Below, in pieces: positions 17,666-27,890 of a stretch of DNA of 64,000 bases. A program made the translations under genes and the position numbers. Below the pieces are notes generated by a model. The model had not been told where the DNA came from and ran no database searches. It was given only the letters and a program-made list of their open reading frames with translations. The DNA is from Chloroflexota bacterium (GTDB lineage Bacteria > Chloroflexota > Dehalococcoidia > UBA2979). How positions within the stretch are numbered: position 1 is the first letter of the stretch; the number at the start of each line of letters is the position of its first letter. The stretch spans positions 44,239-108,238 of the forward strand of contig JAQCIU010000009.1 in NCBI GenBank assembly GCA_027593235.1. Direction: 5' to 3'.

Positions 17666-20600
17666 GTGATCTTCTGCACAGCCTGTGGCAGCGAAGCAGA
17701 CGACCAGGCGCTGTTCTGCGATCACTGCGGTACCCAGCTCGTCGCCGCGCTTCCGCGCGTCTGCACCGAGTGCGGCCGCCGCAACCGCACCAGCGCCAGC
17801 TTCTGCAACGCCTGTGGCACCAGCCTCCAGGCCGCGCCCGCCGCAGCCGTCGCGCTCACCACACCGCCACTCACCGTCTCACCGACCCGCGTCGAGCCGT
17901 CGCTCCCTCCCGAGGTGCCCTCTGCCCCTGCGGCGTCGGCGCCAACCCCGGCGTCAGCGCCGGCGCCACCCCCACCCGTCGAGGCCGCGCCATCGCGTCC
18001 GCCACCGACGCCCGAGTCGGCAACGCTCGAACCAATCGCGGCGGCGCTCGAATCGGCCGTTCCCGCGGTCGAGGCACCGACAGGCACCCCGGGGCCCGAT
18101 CCGTCCGCGGCACCGCCGCCGTCCCGACCGCATCGCGAATCGGACCCTGCCACCCGTGCGCGTCGACCGGGCCCGCCCCCGCCGCCCTCCCGTTCTGCCG
18201 CCGAAAGCGCCAGAGAATGGGCCGCCTCTCGCCAGGCCGACATCCTCCTCTACCTCGGCGCATTCCTGCTCGTCGCCGCCGCGCTGCTCTTCGTCTCATC
18301 GCAGGGCAACGAACTTTCGTCCGAACTGCGCGTCTCGCTGCTGCTCGTCTACACCGTCGCCTTCACCGTCGCCGGGCTCCTCGCTCGCCGCACCACCCGG
18401 ATCCGCGAGGCCGGCGCCGTCTTCCTCGCGATCGGCGCACTGATCACCCCGCTCAACTTCCTCCTCATCTACACCGAGATCCTTGAGCAACGGGACGTCT
18501 CGCCTGATCTCGTCTGGCTGATCGGCTCGCTCTACAGCGCGCTCTTCTACGCCCTGCTCTGGTCCCGCGGCTACGGCAAGCTCTACGCCGTTCCCGCCGG
18601 GCTCTCCATCGTCAGCGCCTGGGCCGCGTTGGCCGCCGTCGTCGATCTCCCCGCCGAGTGGTTCGGCACCTGGTGGATCGGCTTCCTCGTGATCGCCTCC
18701 GCCGTCGCGGTCCGTGTCCGCTACTACGGCACCGAGGTCGCGGCGGTGCTTGGCGCATTGATCGCGCTCGTGCTGCTGGGCGAACTCATCGCCTCCGATC
18801 TCTTCCTCGGCGATCACGGCGCCGTCCCGCTGCCGTTCAGCTTCGCGCTCATCACCGCCTGGTTCGCGCTCACCGGCTGGTCGCTGCGCCAGCCGCTACT
18901 GCTGCCGTGGGGTGCGACCAGCGCGATCGCCATCGGCATCGCCGCCGTCCGTGCGCTCGGGCTCGCCGAGGACTGGGGCGCCTACTCCCCGCTCGCGATG
19001 GGCTTCGTCGCCGTCTACTCGCGTCGCTGGTGGGCCCGCTGGAACCTCAGCATTGCGCGCCTCGGCTGGCCGTACGCCGCCGGCTGCGCGCTCACGCCGC
19101 TCGCGCTGATCGGCGCCTACGACACCTCCGCCCACGGCGCTGTCTCCTTCCTCGTCGGTGCCGCCGTGCTCGCCTCGGTCGCCTGGCGCGACACCACCGA
19201 TGGCGTCCGCCTCCTCGACGAGGTGCCGCGTGGCACCCCCACCACCGTCGCTGAACGCACGGTGTTCGCCTGGCTCGGCTTCATCTCGCTGCTGATCGGC
19301 GTCGGCTACACCCAGCGCGAACTGGGCATCGCGGCTCAGAACACCGGCTGGAGCTACCTCGCGATCGGCCTCGTCACCATCGCCCTGCTCGCCCGCACGG
19401 GACGTCGCTGGAACCCCGCGCTCGCGGTGTTCGCGCCGCCTGCGATCCTCGCGATGCTCGTGTCGCTCGCCGACCCGGGCGAATACCCGGGCCACGTCGC
19501 CGTCCTGCTCGGCGTGCCGGCGCTCGCCTTCCTCGCCAGCTTCGCGATCACCCGCCGCTGGGGTACGACACTCGTCTCGGCCGCCATCGCCGTCTTCGCC
19601 GTCGCAGCCGCCTGGGACGCCCTCGGCTGGACCCCGTGGACGCTCGCCGTCGCCTACTCGCTTGCCGGGACCGCGCTGTTCGCGTCCCTCACGCCGCTCC
19701 GCAGCTACCGCCCCAGGAGCACGCCGACGATCGTCGCCATCCTCTCCTGGAGCTACCTCCTCATCGGTCCAATCGTCGCCTTCGGTGAGGTGCTCAGCGG
19801 CGAGAGCGGCGCCTTCTCGGTCGAACTTCCCGCCTACCGCGCTGGCCTCTACCTGCTCCTGCTGCTCGCCCCGCCGCTCGCCTACGAGGGCTGGCGCTTC
19901 CACAACTGGAGCGTCACCGCCGCCGCCACCACGCTCGCTGCGCTCGTCATCGCGCCGCTCTGGAACTCCTACGGGTGGCCGGCCTGGACGCTCTCGCTGA
20001 CCTACCTCGGCGTCGGTGTCGTCCGCTTCGCGACGATGACCGCCGTCCGCACCTACGCCCGCGACTGGCGGCAGATCCCGATCGTCTTCCTCTCCTGGGG
20101 CCTCACGCTCGCCGCGCCAATCACCGCCTGGATCGCCCTCGCCGATCGAATGGCCTCGGACGGCGGCGCCGCCGTCGAAATGGTCGAATACCGCGCGTTC
20201 ATCGTCGGCGTCCTCGCACCCGCGCCGTTGCTGCTCTTCGAGGCCCGCCGCCTCCGCGCCCGCTGGGCGCTCGTCTCCTCCTCGGTCGTCGCGATGGCGG
20301 CACTGCTGCTCACCATCGCCGTCTTCCGCTTCGACTCAGTGCACGCCTACACCGTGCCGGTCGGCCTCGATCTGATCGCCTTCGGCCTGATCGTCCGCCG
20401 CTCGGCCGTGATGATCGAACGCCATCTGATGCTCCACGAAGCCGTGCTGCTCCTCGGTGTCGCCATCATGCTCGTGCCGCAGGCCGCTGAAGGAGTCCAG
20501 CCGGAGGGCGCGGCCTGGGGTGGCGTCGTCCTCGTCGAAGGCATCGTCTTCCTGCTCGTCGGCATGGTGCTCGGCTCGCGCTGGCTGACCGTCGGCGGCG

Positions 20601-20896
20601 TCCTCGCCGTCTCCGGCGTCGCCATCCGCTGGCTGGCCGATAGCACGGGCGACACCATTCCCTACTGGCTCTCGCTCGGCGGCGTCGGCATGGGGCTGCT
20701 CGTCCTCGGCACCGTGCTGCTACTCGCCCGCGATCGCTGGATCGTGATCAAGAACGCAACCGTCACCTGGTGGCGGCGCAGCGCGACCCTCCGTGGCGTC
20801 GGAATCGAGTGGCCGGTGGTCGCTGCCCCGGCCGCCGTGATCGTCATCGCCCTGCTCGTCGCGTCTATCGAAGACTGGGTCCGCCGCGTCGCCTAG
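17666..20896 (+). CDS. double zinc-ribbon plus large polytopic membrane protein (DUF2157-like)
   Basis: Four CxxC pairs at N-terminus, Pro-rich linker, LLYLGAFLLVAAA, then more than 20 hydrophobic segments. Confidence 0.8.
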   Translation: MIFCTACGSEADDQALFCDHCGTQLVAALPRVCTECGRRNRTSASFCNACGTSLQAAPAAAVALTTPPLTVSPTRVEPSLPPEVPSAPAASAPTPASAPAPPPPVEAAPSRPPPTPESATLEPIAAALESAVPAVEAPTGTPGPDPSAAPPPSRPHRESDPATRARRPGPPPPPSRSAAESAREWAASRQADILLYLGAFLLVAAALLFVSSQGNELSSELRVSLLLVYTVAFTVAGLLARRTTRIREAGAVFLAIGALITPLNFLLIYTEILEQRDVSPDLVWLIGSLYSALFYALLWSRGYGKLYAVPAGLSIVSAWAALAAVVDLPAEWFGTWWIGFLVIASAVAVRVRYYGTEVAAVLGALIALVLLGELIASDLFLGDHGAVPLPFSFALITAWFALTGWSLRQPLLLPWGATSAIAIGIAAVRALGLAEDWGAYSPLAMGFVAVYSRRWWARWNLSIARLGWPYAAGCALTPLALIGAYDTSAHGAVSFLVGAAVLASVAWRDTTDGVRLLDEVPRGTPTTVAERTVFAWLGFISLLIGVGYTQRELGIAAQNTGWSYLAIGLVTIALLARTGRRWNPALAVFAPPAILAMLVSLADPGEYPGHVAVLLGVPALAFLASFAITRRWGTTLVSAAIAVFAVAAAWDALGWTPWTLAVAYSLAGTALFASLTPLRSYRPRSTPTIVAILSWSYLLIGPIVAFGEVLSGESGAFSVELPAYRAGLYLLLLLAPPLAYEGWRFHNWSVTAAATTLAALVIAPLWNSYGWPAWTLSLTYLGVGVVRFATMTAVRTYARDWRQIPIVFLSWGLTLAAPITAWIALADRMASDGGAAVEMVEYRAFIVGVLAPAPLLLFEARRLRARWALVSSSVVAMAALLLTIAVFRFDSVHAYTVPVGLDLIAFGLIVRRSAVMIERHLMLHEAVLLLGVAIMLVPQAAEGVQPEGAAWGGVVLVEGIVFLLVGMVLGSRWLTVGGVLAVSGVAIRWLADSTGDTIPYWLSLGGVGMGLLVLGTVLLLARDRWIVIKNATVTWWRRSATLRGVGIEWPVVAAPAAVIVIALLVASIEDWVRRVA

Positions 20897-20950
20897 CCAC
20901 GCACTCCCGCCCGATCGTCTATCGTCTGCTCGCGGAAGCGAGGTGGATCG

Positions 20951-21793
20951 ATGGCTGATCTCTCAGGACGGGTCGCGATCGTGACCGGCGCCAGTCGCGG
21001 CCTCGGCAAGGACATCGCGCTCGCGCTGGCGACGGCCGGCGTCTCCGTCGTCGCCGCCGCGCGCACCGACTCCGAGGGCGACTCGCGCATCCCCGGCTCG
21101 CTCGGTCACACCGTCGCGCTGATCGAGGAAGCCGGTGGCACCGCCAGCGCCGCTCACTGCGACGTCACCAGCCAGGCCGACATCGACGCCACCGTCGCCG
21201 GCGCCCTCGAAACCTACGGACGCCTCGACATCCTCGTGAACAACGCCGGCGTGCTGATCCCCGGTCGCGTCACCGAACTCCAGCCGAAGCACTGGGAACT
21301 CATCTTCCGCGTCAACGTGCACGCGCCGTTCAACTTCTGCCGCGCCGTCATCCCGCACCTCGCCGCCGGCGGCGGTGGTCACATCATCAACATCTCCTCG
21401 CGAGGCGCGATCGGTCCGGGCCCCGGCCCCTACACCGAGGCGCGCCCGACCGGTGGCGCCGCCTACGGCGCGACCAAGATCGCCCTCGAGCGCTTCAGCC
21501 AGGGCCTGGCCGCCGAGGTCTTCGAGGACCACATCTCCGTCAACGCCCTCTCCCCGCATCTCCCGATCTGGTCCGAGGGCGGTCACTTCTTCCGCAGCAA
21601 CAACGGCGAACCGGACTACGGCGGCTGGCGCCTCAGCGGCGACGTGATCGGCGACGCCGCCGTCGTCATCTGCGGCCAGCAGCCCGGCCACTACACCGGC
21701 AACATCCTTTACGACGAACTGGTGATGCTGAACGAGGGCGGTCTCACGCCCGCGCAGGTCGCCGCGCGCTACCCCGTCGAAACCGCGAACTAA
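20951..21793 (+). CDS. SDR family oxidoreductase
   Basis: TGASRGLG, NNAG, NISS, YGATK. Confidence 0.92.
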   Translation: MADLSGRVAIVTGASRGLGKDIALALATAGVSVVAAARTDSEGDSRIPGSLGHTVALIEEAGGTASAAHCDVTSQADIDATVAGALETYGRLDILVNNAGVLIPGRVTELQPKHWELIFRVNVHAPFNFCRAVIPHLAAGGGGHIINISSRGAIGPGPGPYTEARPTGGAAYGATKIALERFSQGLAAEVFEDHISVNALSPHLPIWSEGGHFFRSNNGEPDYGGWRLSGDVIGDAAVVICGQQPGHYTGNILYDELVMLNEGGLTPAQVAARYPVETAN

Positions 21794-21804
21794 GGAGCCC
21801 ACTC

Positions 21805-23073
21805 ATGGCCGTCGAAACCCGCCCGCTCGATCTCGTCGATGCCCTCCCGGAGGAAGTCGGCATGTCCTCGGAGCGCCTCAAGAACGTCACGCGGCTCGTC
21901 CAGCGCTACGTCGACAACGGCCTCTACTCCAGCGCGATCAGCATGATCGCCCGCCACGATCGCGTCGTGCACTTCGAGACCTACGGCAGCATGGACGACG
22001 AGGCCGGCAAGCCGATGACGCACGACGCCATCGTCCGCGCCTACTCGATGACGAAGCCGATCGCCTCGATCGCGCTGATGCAGCTCTACGAGGAAGGTCT
22101 CTTCCAGCTCAACGACCCGGTCTCCGCCTACGTCCCAGAGTTCACTGGACTCCAGGTGTTCGACGGCGGTGACGAGCACGACTTCCGCACCCGTCCACCC
22201 ATCCGCGAGATGTCCGTTCGCGACGTGCTCATGCACACCTCGGGCCTGATCGGCCGCGCCGATCAGAACCCCGTCGGCCGCATGTACGCCGCCGCCGGTC
22301 TCCACGGCAGCGAGTCCGAGGGCAACCTCCACGACATGATCCGCAAAGTCGGCGAACTGCCGCTCGCCTGCGACCCCGGCTCCGAGTGGAATTACGGCAT
22401 CTCCACCGACGTCGTCGGCTACCTCGTCGAGGTGCTCTCCGGCCAGCCGCTCGATCGCTACCTCGAAGAGCGCATCTTCCAGCCGCTCGCGATGCCCGAC
22501 ACCGGCTTCCACGTCCCCGAGTCGGAGTTCGAGCGCTTCGCCGCCTGCTACGAAAAAACCGAGGACGTCGTCGGCTCGAACGGCACCGGCAAGCGCTACC
22601 GCCTCCAGGACGCCCCCGCCGGCAGTCACTACACCACGCCCCGCACGTACTTCAGCGGCGCGGGCGGCCTCGTCACCACCGCCGCCGACTACATGCGCTT
22701 CAGCCGCATGCTCACCAACAGCGGAGAACTCGAGGGCGAGCGTGTCATCGGCCCGCGCACGATCGAGTTCATGGCGATGAACCACCTGCCCACCGGCGGC
22801 GATCTCGCCACCATGGGTCAGCCGCAGTTCGGCGAAACGACCATGGAGGGCATCGGCTTCGGTCTCGGCTTCGCGGTCCTGATCGATCCGGCGCGCGCCC
22901 AGCTCCTCGGCACGCCTGGCGAGTACTACTGGGGCGGGGCCGCCTCAACCGCCTTCTTCGTCTCGCCCGCCGAGGACCTCGCTGTCGTCTTCCTGACGCA
23001 GCTCCGACCGTCCTCCAGCTACCCGATCCGTCGCGAGCTGCGCATCGCCACGTACCAGGCCATCACCGACTAG
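21805..23073 (+). CDS. serine hydrolase, beta-lactamase family
   Basis: SMTK, LMHTSG, WNYG, YWGGAAST. Confidence 0.92.
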   Translation: MAVETRPLDLVDALPEEVGMSSERLKNVTRLVQRYVDNGLYSSAISMIARHDRVVHFETYGSMDDEAGKPMTHDAIVRAYSMTKPIASIALMQLYEEGLFQLNDPVSAYVPEFTGLQVFDGGDEHDFRTRPPIREMSVRDVLMHTSGLIGRADQNPVGRMYAAAGLHGSESEGNLHDMIRKVGELPLACDPGSEWNYGISTDVVGYLVEVLSGQPLDRYLEERIFQPLAMPDTGFHVPESEFERFAACYEKTEDVVGSNGTGKRYRLQDAPAGSHYTTPRTYFSGAGGLVTTAADYMRFSRMLTNSGELEGERVIGPRTIEFMAMNHLPTGGDLATMGQPQFGETTMEGIGFGLGFAVLIDPARAQLLGTPGEYYWGGAASTAFFVSPAEDLAVVFLTQLRPSSSYPIRRELRIATYQAITD

Positions 23074-23141
23074 CTGCGCCCCCACCCGGGGGCGCTGTCC
23101 GGCGGGCTGCCGGCAGGAGGTCGCTTCGCCGGACCGGCCTC

Positions 23142-23564
23142 CTAGACGCCGGAGTCCTTCATCGAGCCGGTCAGCGGGTCGCCGCCAAAGTCACGGAGAA
23201 TGCACACGATCTCCTGGTCGCCCTGGTCCCACGAGTCCGGTGTCGGGTAGAGCCAGCTGATGTCCAGCGCGGAGCTGTCGAAGTCGCGGCCGACGTACGG
23301 CTCGAAGCGCGACAGGCAGCCCTCGATCGCCGCATCCTCAACCACCGCGGCGCCCGGAAAGTCGCCATCCGGCAGGTCGAACAGCCCATAAACCTCAACG
23401 CCGTGCGGTTCACCGCAGTCCGTGGTCGTCACGTTCGAGACCTCGACGCCCGTGCCCGGATTCTCGAAGCAGTCGCCAACCTTCAGGCTGAACACGTTCC
23501 CATCGCCACAGGCACCGAGCACCACCGCGGCCATTGCCACCGCAACTATCGCGAAACGACCCAT
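23142..23564 (-). CDS. septum formation family lipoprotein
   Basis: RBS GGAGG; lipobox LGAC; LKVGDCF, C..PH..EV, PT..SW..GD..IVC. Confidence 0.8.
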   Translation of the reverse strand: MGRFAIVAVAMAAVVLGACGDGNVFSLKVGDCFENPGTGVEVSNVTTTDCGEPHGVEVYGLFDLPDGDFPGAAVVEDAAIEGCLSRFEPYVGRDFDSSALDISWLYPTPDSWDQGDQEIVCILRDFGGDPLTGSMKDSGV

Positions 23565-23693
23565 CTCGAACCTCCGACTCATGGAACACGTCTCGCGATC
23601 CTCGGTCGAGTCCGTGGCCACGCTTCGCGGGTTCACCCCAATACGTCCGCTATCATCCGCGCTCGACCCGACCGAGGACCACGGAGGACCCGC

Positions 23694-24242
23694 ATGCCCC
23701 GACTCGCCCCGCTCGACATGGATCACCTTTCGCCCGCGCAGCAGACGATCGTCGACAAGATGCTCAGCGGCCCTCGAGGTGGCATGCGCGGACCGTTCGA
23801 GTCGCTGCTCCGTCGCCCCGAACTCTGCGACCGTGTCCAGCACCTCGGCGCCTACTGCCGCTTCGACACCACGCTCGACCGCGACGTCTCCGAGCTGGCG
23901 ATCATCCTCACCGGCAAACAGTGGAAGGCCCAGTTCGAGTTCTGGGCCCACGCCCGTCTCGCCCGCGAAGCCGGCCTGCCCGATCCGATCATCGAGGCCG
24001 TCCGTACCGGCTCCCCGCTCGCCACCGACAACGCCGCATACCTCGCCGTCGCCGCCTTCGTCCGCGAGTACTTCGCCTCCAACCGTGTCGCCGACGCCAC
24101 CTACGAGGCCGCACGCGCCGCCCTCGGTGAGCAGGGCGTCGTCGACCTCGTCGGCCTCGTCGGCTACTACACCCTCGTCTCGATGACCCTCAACGTCTTC
24201 GAGGTCGGCCTCCCCGAGGGCGAACCAGAACTGCTCGCCTGA
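23694..24242 (+). CDS. carboxymuconolactone decarboxylase family protein
   Basis: RBS GGAGG; GPRGGMRGPF, ELAIILT, FEFWAH, DLVGLVGYY. Confidence 0.88.
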   Translation: MPRLAPLDMDHLSPAQQTIVDKMLSGPRGGMRGPFESLLRRPELCDRVQHLGAYCRFDTTLDRDVSELAIILTGKQWKAQFEFWAHARLAREAGLPDPIIEAVRTGSPLATDNAAYLAVAAFVREYFASNRVADATYEAARAALGEQGVVDLVGLVGYYTLVSMTLNVFEVGLPEGEPELLA

Positions 24243-24258
24243 TCCCAGGAGCTCCACC

Positions 24259-25200
24259 ATGGCGACGATCCAGACCGCGACCGGCCCCATCGACAGCGAC
24301 GACCTCGGGTTCACGCTCACCCACGAACACGTCGTCGTCGGCTCGCCCCCCGTGCGCCAGCAGTTCCCCGATCTCTTCGATCGCGAAGCGATCCTCGCGA
24401 TCGCCGTTCCCAACCTCATCGCCGCCCGCGAGGCTGGCGTCCGCACCATCGTCGATCTCACCCCGATCACCCTCGGCCGCGACGCCGGCCTGATCCGCGA
24501 CGCCGCCCAGCGATCGGGCGTCCAGATCATCGTCGCCACCGGCCTCTACTACTTCCCCGATCTCTACTTCGCCTTCGCCTCCATCGAGCACCTCACCGCG
24601 CTCTTCGTCCGCGACATCAACGATGGCATCGGCGACACCGGCGTCCGCGCCGGCGTCATCAAGTGCGCCACCCAGCCAGACATGAACCCCTTCAACGAAA
24701 AGGTGCTCCGCGCCTCCGCACAGGCGCACCGCCAGACCGGCGTGCCGATCGGCACCCACACCTTCGTCGCCAACCGCACCGGCCTCGATCAGACCCGCGT
24801 CTTCCACGAGGAAGGCGTCGATCTCGGCCGCGTCATCATCGGCCACTCCGATGACACCGACGACATCTCCTACCTCGAGGACATCATCGAGACCGGCGCC
24901 TACATCGGCATGGACCGCATCGGCATCCCCCGCCCCCGCACCAGCGAGGAGCGCGCCGACATGGTTGCCGCCCTCGTCGAGCGTGGCTACGCCAGTCGCG
25001 TCTGCCTCTCGCACGACAGCGGCGTCATGGAGGGCTACGACGAAGCCCTCAAGGCGGAGCGCTCCCCGGACTGGCGCTACACCTTCATCCCCCGCGAGTT
25101 CTCCGCCTTGCTCCGCGAGCGCGGCGTCAGCGACGACGCGATCACCCAGATGACCGTCGCCAACCCTCGCACGATCTTCGGACAGACCGAGCCGTACTAA
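24259..25200 (+). CDS. phosphotriesterase-like lactonase
   Basis: HEH, GVIK (carboxylated Lys), GTHT, IGH, LSHD metal ligands. Confidence 0.92.
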   Translation: MATIQTATGPIDSDDLGFTLTHEHVVVGSPPVRQQFPDLFDREAILAIAVPNLIAAREAGVRTIVDLTPITLGRDAGLIRDAAQRSGVQIIVATGLYYFPDLYFAFASIEHLTALFVRDINDGIGDTGVRAGVIKCATQPDMNPFNEKVLRASAQAHRQTGVPIGTHTFVANRTGLDQTRVFHEEGVDLGRVIIGHSDDTDDISYLEDIIETGAYIGMDRIGIPRPRTSEERADMVAALVERGYASRVCLSHDSGVMEGYDEALKAERSPDWRYTFIPREFSALLRERGVSDDAITQMTVANPRTIFGQTEPY

Positions 25201-25241
25201 CGCCGGCCACTACCGCGGCCGGCGGACAAAGGAGACGCCTG

Positions 25242-26708
25242 ATGGGCAAGCAAACCGCTTGGCGCGAGGACTACAACGCCCGCCTGATGGCCGTCGACGA
25301 CGCCATGCGCCTGATCAACGAGGGCGATCTCGTCAAACTCAACGTCGGCTCGCCCCCCACCATCGCCGCCCTCCTCGATCGCCGCGCCCGCGAACTCGGC
25401 GTCCTCGACATCCGCTTCCTCGCCCCGGGCTACCTCCCGCTCGTCGATTCACCCCGCGAGGCCGGCGAGCGCGAGATCGAGATCTTCATCGGCGACCCCT
25501 ACCGCCCCAGCCACGACGCCCACCGCAGCACCTACCTGCCAACAACCTTCATGCTCGGGCTCAAGGCCTTCGACGCCGGCCGCCCCGAGGCGCGCATCCC
25601 CGACGTCAACCTGGTCGCCTGCAGTCCGCCCAACGAGGCCGGTTACGTCCACTTCGGCCCAACCCACTGGCTGCGCAAGTCCTACCTCGAGCGCTGCAAA
25701 ACCACCATCGCCTTCGTCGATCCGGACATGATGCCCGTCCACGGCGACGTCTGGTCCCACGTCTCCGCCTTCGCCGCCTTCGTCGAAGACGCCCTCCCCC
25801 GGCTCGATCTCCCGAGGCTCCGCGAACGGATCGCCAGCGAATCCCCCGAGGCGTTCCGCGCCCGCCTCCTCCGCCTCACCGAGCTCGTTCCCGGCGAGCG
25901 CCTCGCCGCGATCCAGGACCAACTCCCGCTCATGGACCCCGCCGTCCTCGAGGACGCGATGAACCTCGGCCCGATCGACGACGCCGCGATGGGCATCGCC
26001 TCCCACCTCAAGGAACTGATCCGCGACGGCGACACCATCCAGGTCGGCGTCGGCACCCCCAGCGCCCTCATGTTCAACGCCGGTGCCTTCGATGAAGCCG
26101 AAAACCTCGGCCTCCACACCGAACTCGGCTCCCCCGGCCTCGCCAAGCTCTGGGATCGCGGCATCCTCAACCACTCGAAGAAGAGCATCCACAAGGGTGT
26201 CGGCGTCGCCGTCGCCTGGTCCGGCTGCGACGGCGAGGACCTCGCGATCATCCGCGACAACCCCGCCTTCGAGCTCTACGACCCGCACTACCTGCTCCAC
26301 CCCACGCTCATGTCCCAGAACAACCAGATGACCTCGATCAACAGCGCGGTCGCCGTCGATCTCCTCGGCCAGATCGCCAGCGAGGACCGCTATGGCGGCC
26401 AGATGATCAACGGCACCGGCGGACAGCCAGACACCCACCTCGGTGCCACCCTCTGCCGCAACGGCCGCGCCATCACCGTCCTCCGCTCCACCGCGGTCGG
26501 CGGATCCATCTCCAAGATCGCCGCCAAGCACGAGGCCGGCACACTCGTCACCATCCCCCGCTACCTCGCCGACACCGTCATCACCGAGTACGGCATCGCT
26601 CGCCTCCTCGACAAGAACCACCGCCAACGCGCCGAGGAGCTGATCAGCATCGCCCACCCGGACTTCCGCCCGGAGCTGCGTAAGCAGGCCCTCGCCCTCT
26701 GGGGCTAG
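25242..26708 (+). CDS. acetyl-CoA hydrolase/4-hydroxybutyrate CoA-transferase family
   Basis: DGDTIQVGVG, HTE, GTGGQPD, VITEYG, IAHPDFR. Confidence 0.9.
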   Translation: MGKQTAWREDYNARLMAVDDAMRLINEGDLVKLNVGSPPTIAALLDRRARELGVLDIRFLAPGYLPLVDSPREAGEREIEIFIGDPYRPSHDAHRSTYLPTTFMLGLKAFDAGRPEARIPDVNLVACSPPNEAGYVHFGPTHWLRKSYLERCKTTIAFVDPDMMPVHGDVWSHVSAFAAFVEDALPRLDLPRLRERIASESPEAFRARLLRLTELVPGERLAAIQDQLPLMDPAVLEDAMNLGPIDDAAMGIASHLKELIRDGDTIQVGVGTPSALMFNAGAFDEAENLGLHTELGSPGLAKLWDRGILNHSKKSIHKGVGVAVAWSGCDGEDLAIIRDNPAFELYDPHYLLHPTLMSQNNQMTSINSAVAVDLLGQIASEDRYGGQMINGTGGQPDTHLGATLCRNGRAITVLRSTAVGGSISKIAAKHEAGTLVTIPRYLADTVITEYGIARLLDKNHRQRAEELISIAHPDFRPELRKQALALWG

Positions 26709-26788
26709 CCCCGCTCCGCGATCGCGATCACCGGGCCACCGCGCCCGGCGCGCTACCTTCGAGGTCCACCCAACCGATTGGACCCGCC

Positions 26789-27637
26789 GTGCCTCGCTAC
26801 CCGCGCCTGCCACTCCTCGCCGCCGCCATCCTCGCGCTCGCCCTCGTCGCCGCCTGTAGCGGCGACTCCAACGACGACGCCGCCCCCGCCGTCCGCCCCT
26901 TCTCCGAGGTCCAGGCCACCGACTTCGTCTTCGAGTCCGATCCCAGCGATCCCAACCGCGCCATCTTCCGCATGGAAACCACCGAACCGATGATCTGCGC
27001 CATCGTCTGGGGCGAAACCGAAGCCCTCGGCAACTTCAACAACTCGCTCGCCATGAACGGCACCGGCATCGTCGCCCACGACGTCTTCCTCCCCGGAGCC
27101 GCGGCCGGATCGACCTACTTCTATCGGGTCCAGGGCTCGACCGCCGACGGCACCCTCTACCAGAGCCCCCTCGCCACCTTCACCGTCCAGGGCGACACAG
27201 CCGCTGCTCCGGGCGGCGCCGCCACCCCGGCCCCCGTCGGTGCCAACCTCGCCCCTGCCGGCACCGTCACCGCGGCCAGCAGCCAGTTCAGCGACGCCTG
27301 GGCCGGCGCCAACGCGATCGATGACGATCTCACCACCGAGTGGTCCTCGCTCGGCAGCGGTGACGACGCCTTCATCACCGTCGATCTCGGCCAATCGCAG
27401 CCAATCGGCGGCGTCGAATACCTCACCCGCAGCATGGCGGACGGCTCCGCCATCACCACCACCTTCACCGTCATCCCCGACGGCGGAGCACCACTCGGCC
27501 CCTTCGAGGCCAGCACACCCGCCCGCCCTGCCATCCACCTGCTCGACATCCAGGCGCGCGAACTGCGCTTCGAGGTCGAGAACAGCACCGGCGGAAACAC
27601 CGGCGCTATCGAGGTCCGCGTCTTCGCGCCCGAATAA
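26789..27637 (+). CDS. lipoprotein with FN3-like and discoidin (F5/8 type C) domains
   Basis: Lipobox VAAC; ASSQF...NAIDDD..TEWSS, ITVDLG, IEVRVF. Confidence 0.75.
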   Translation: MPRYPRLPLLAAAILALALVAACSGDSNDDAAPAVRPFSEVQATDFVFESDPSDPNRAIFRMETTEPMICAIVWGETEALGNFNNSLAMNGTGIVAHDVFLPGAAAGSTYFYRVQGSTADGTLYQSPLATFTVQGDTAAAPGGAATPAPVGANLAPAGTVTAASSQFSDAWAGANAIDDDLTTEWSSLGSGDDAFITVDLGQSQPIGGVEYLTRSMADGSAITTTFTVIPDGGAPLGPFEASTPARPAIHLLDIQARELRFEVENSTGGNTGAIEVRVFAPE

Positions 27638-27890
27638 CGCGGCCATCCCCCTCGGCGGTCGCCAGCAGCCCTCCGACCGGTACCTGAGTTCTGTCAGCGG
27701 TGCTATCGTTCGGCACGTGAGTCGTCGCGATCCCTCCCGGATCGGACTGCGCCCGCGGCGGGACGTGGTGCGAACGCGCCACCAATCACCGACCAAATAA
27801 GGTGCAACGACGGCTCAAAGAGCGCGGCTCGCCGCGCCGGACGTTGGCGGCGTCCGCATCCGCATCCGCCACTGCTATTCAGGAAGAATT

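Noticed and set aside
21805-23073. Antibiotic-resistance beta-lactamase
   Set aside because: Cytoplasmic esterase-type serine hydrolase with no signal peptide; no evidence for a resistance role
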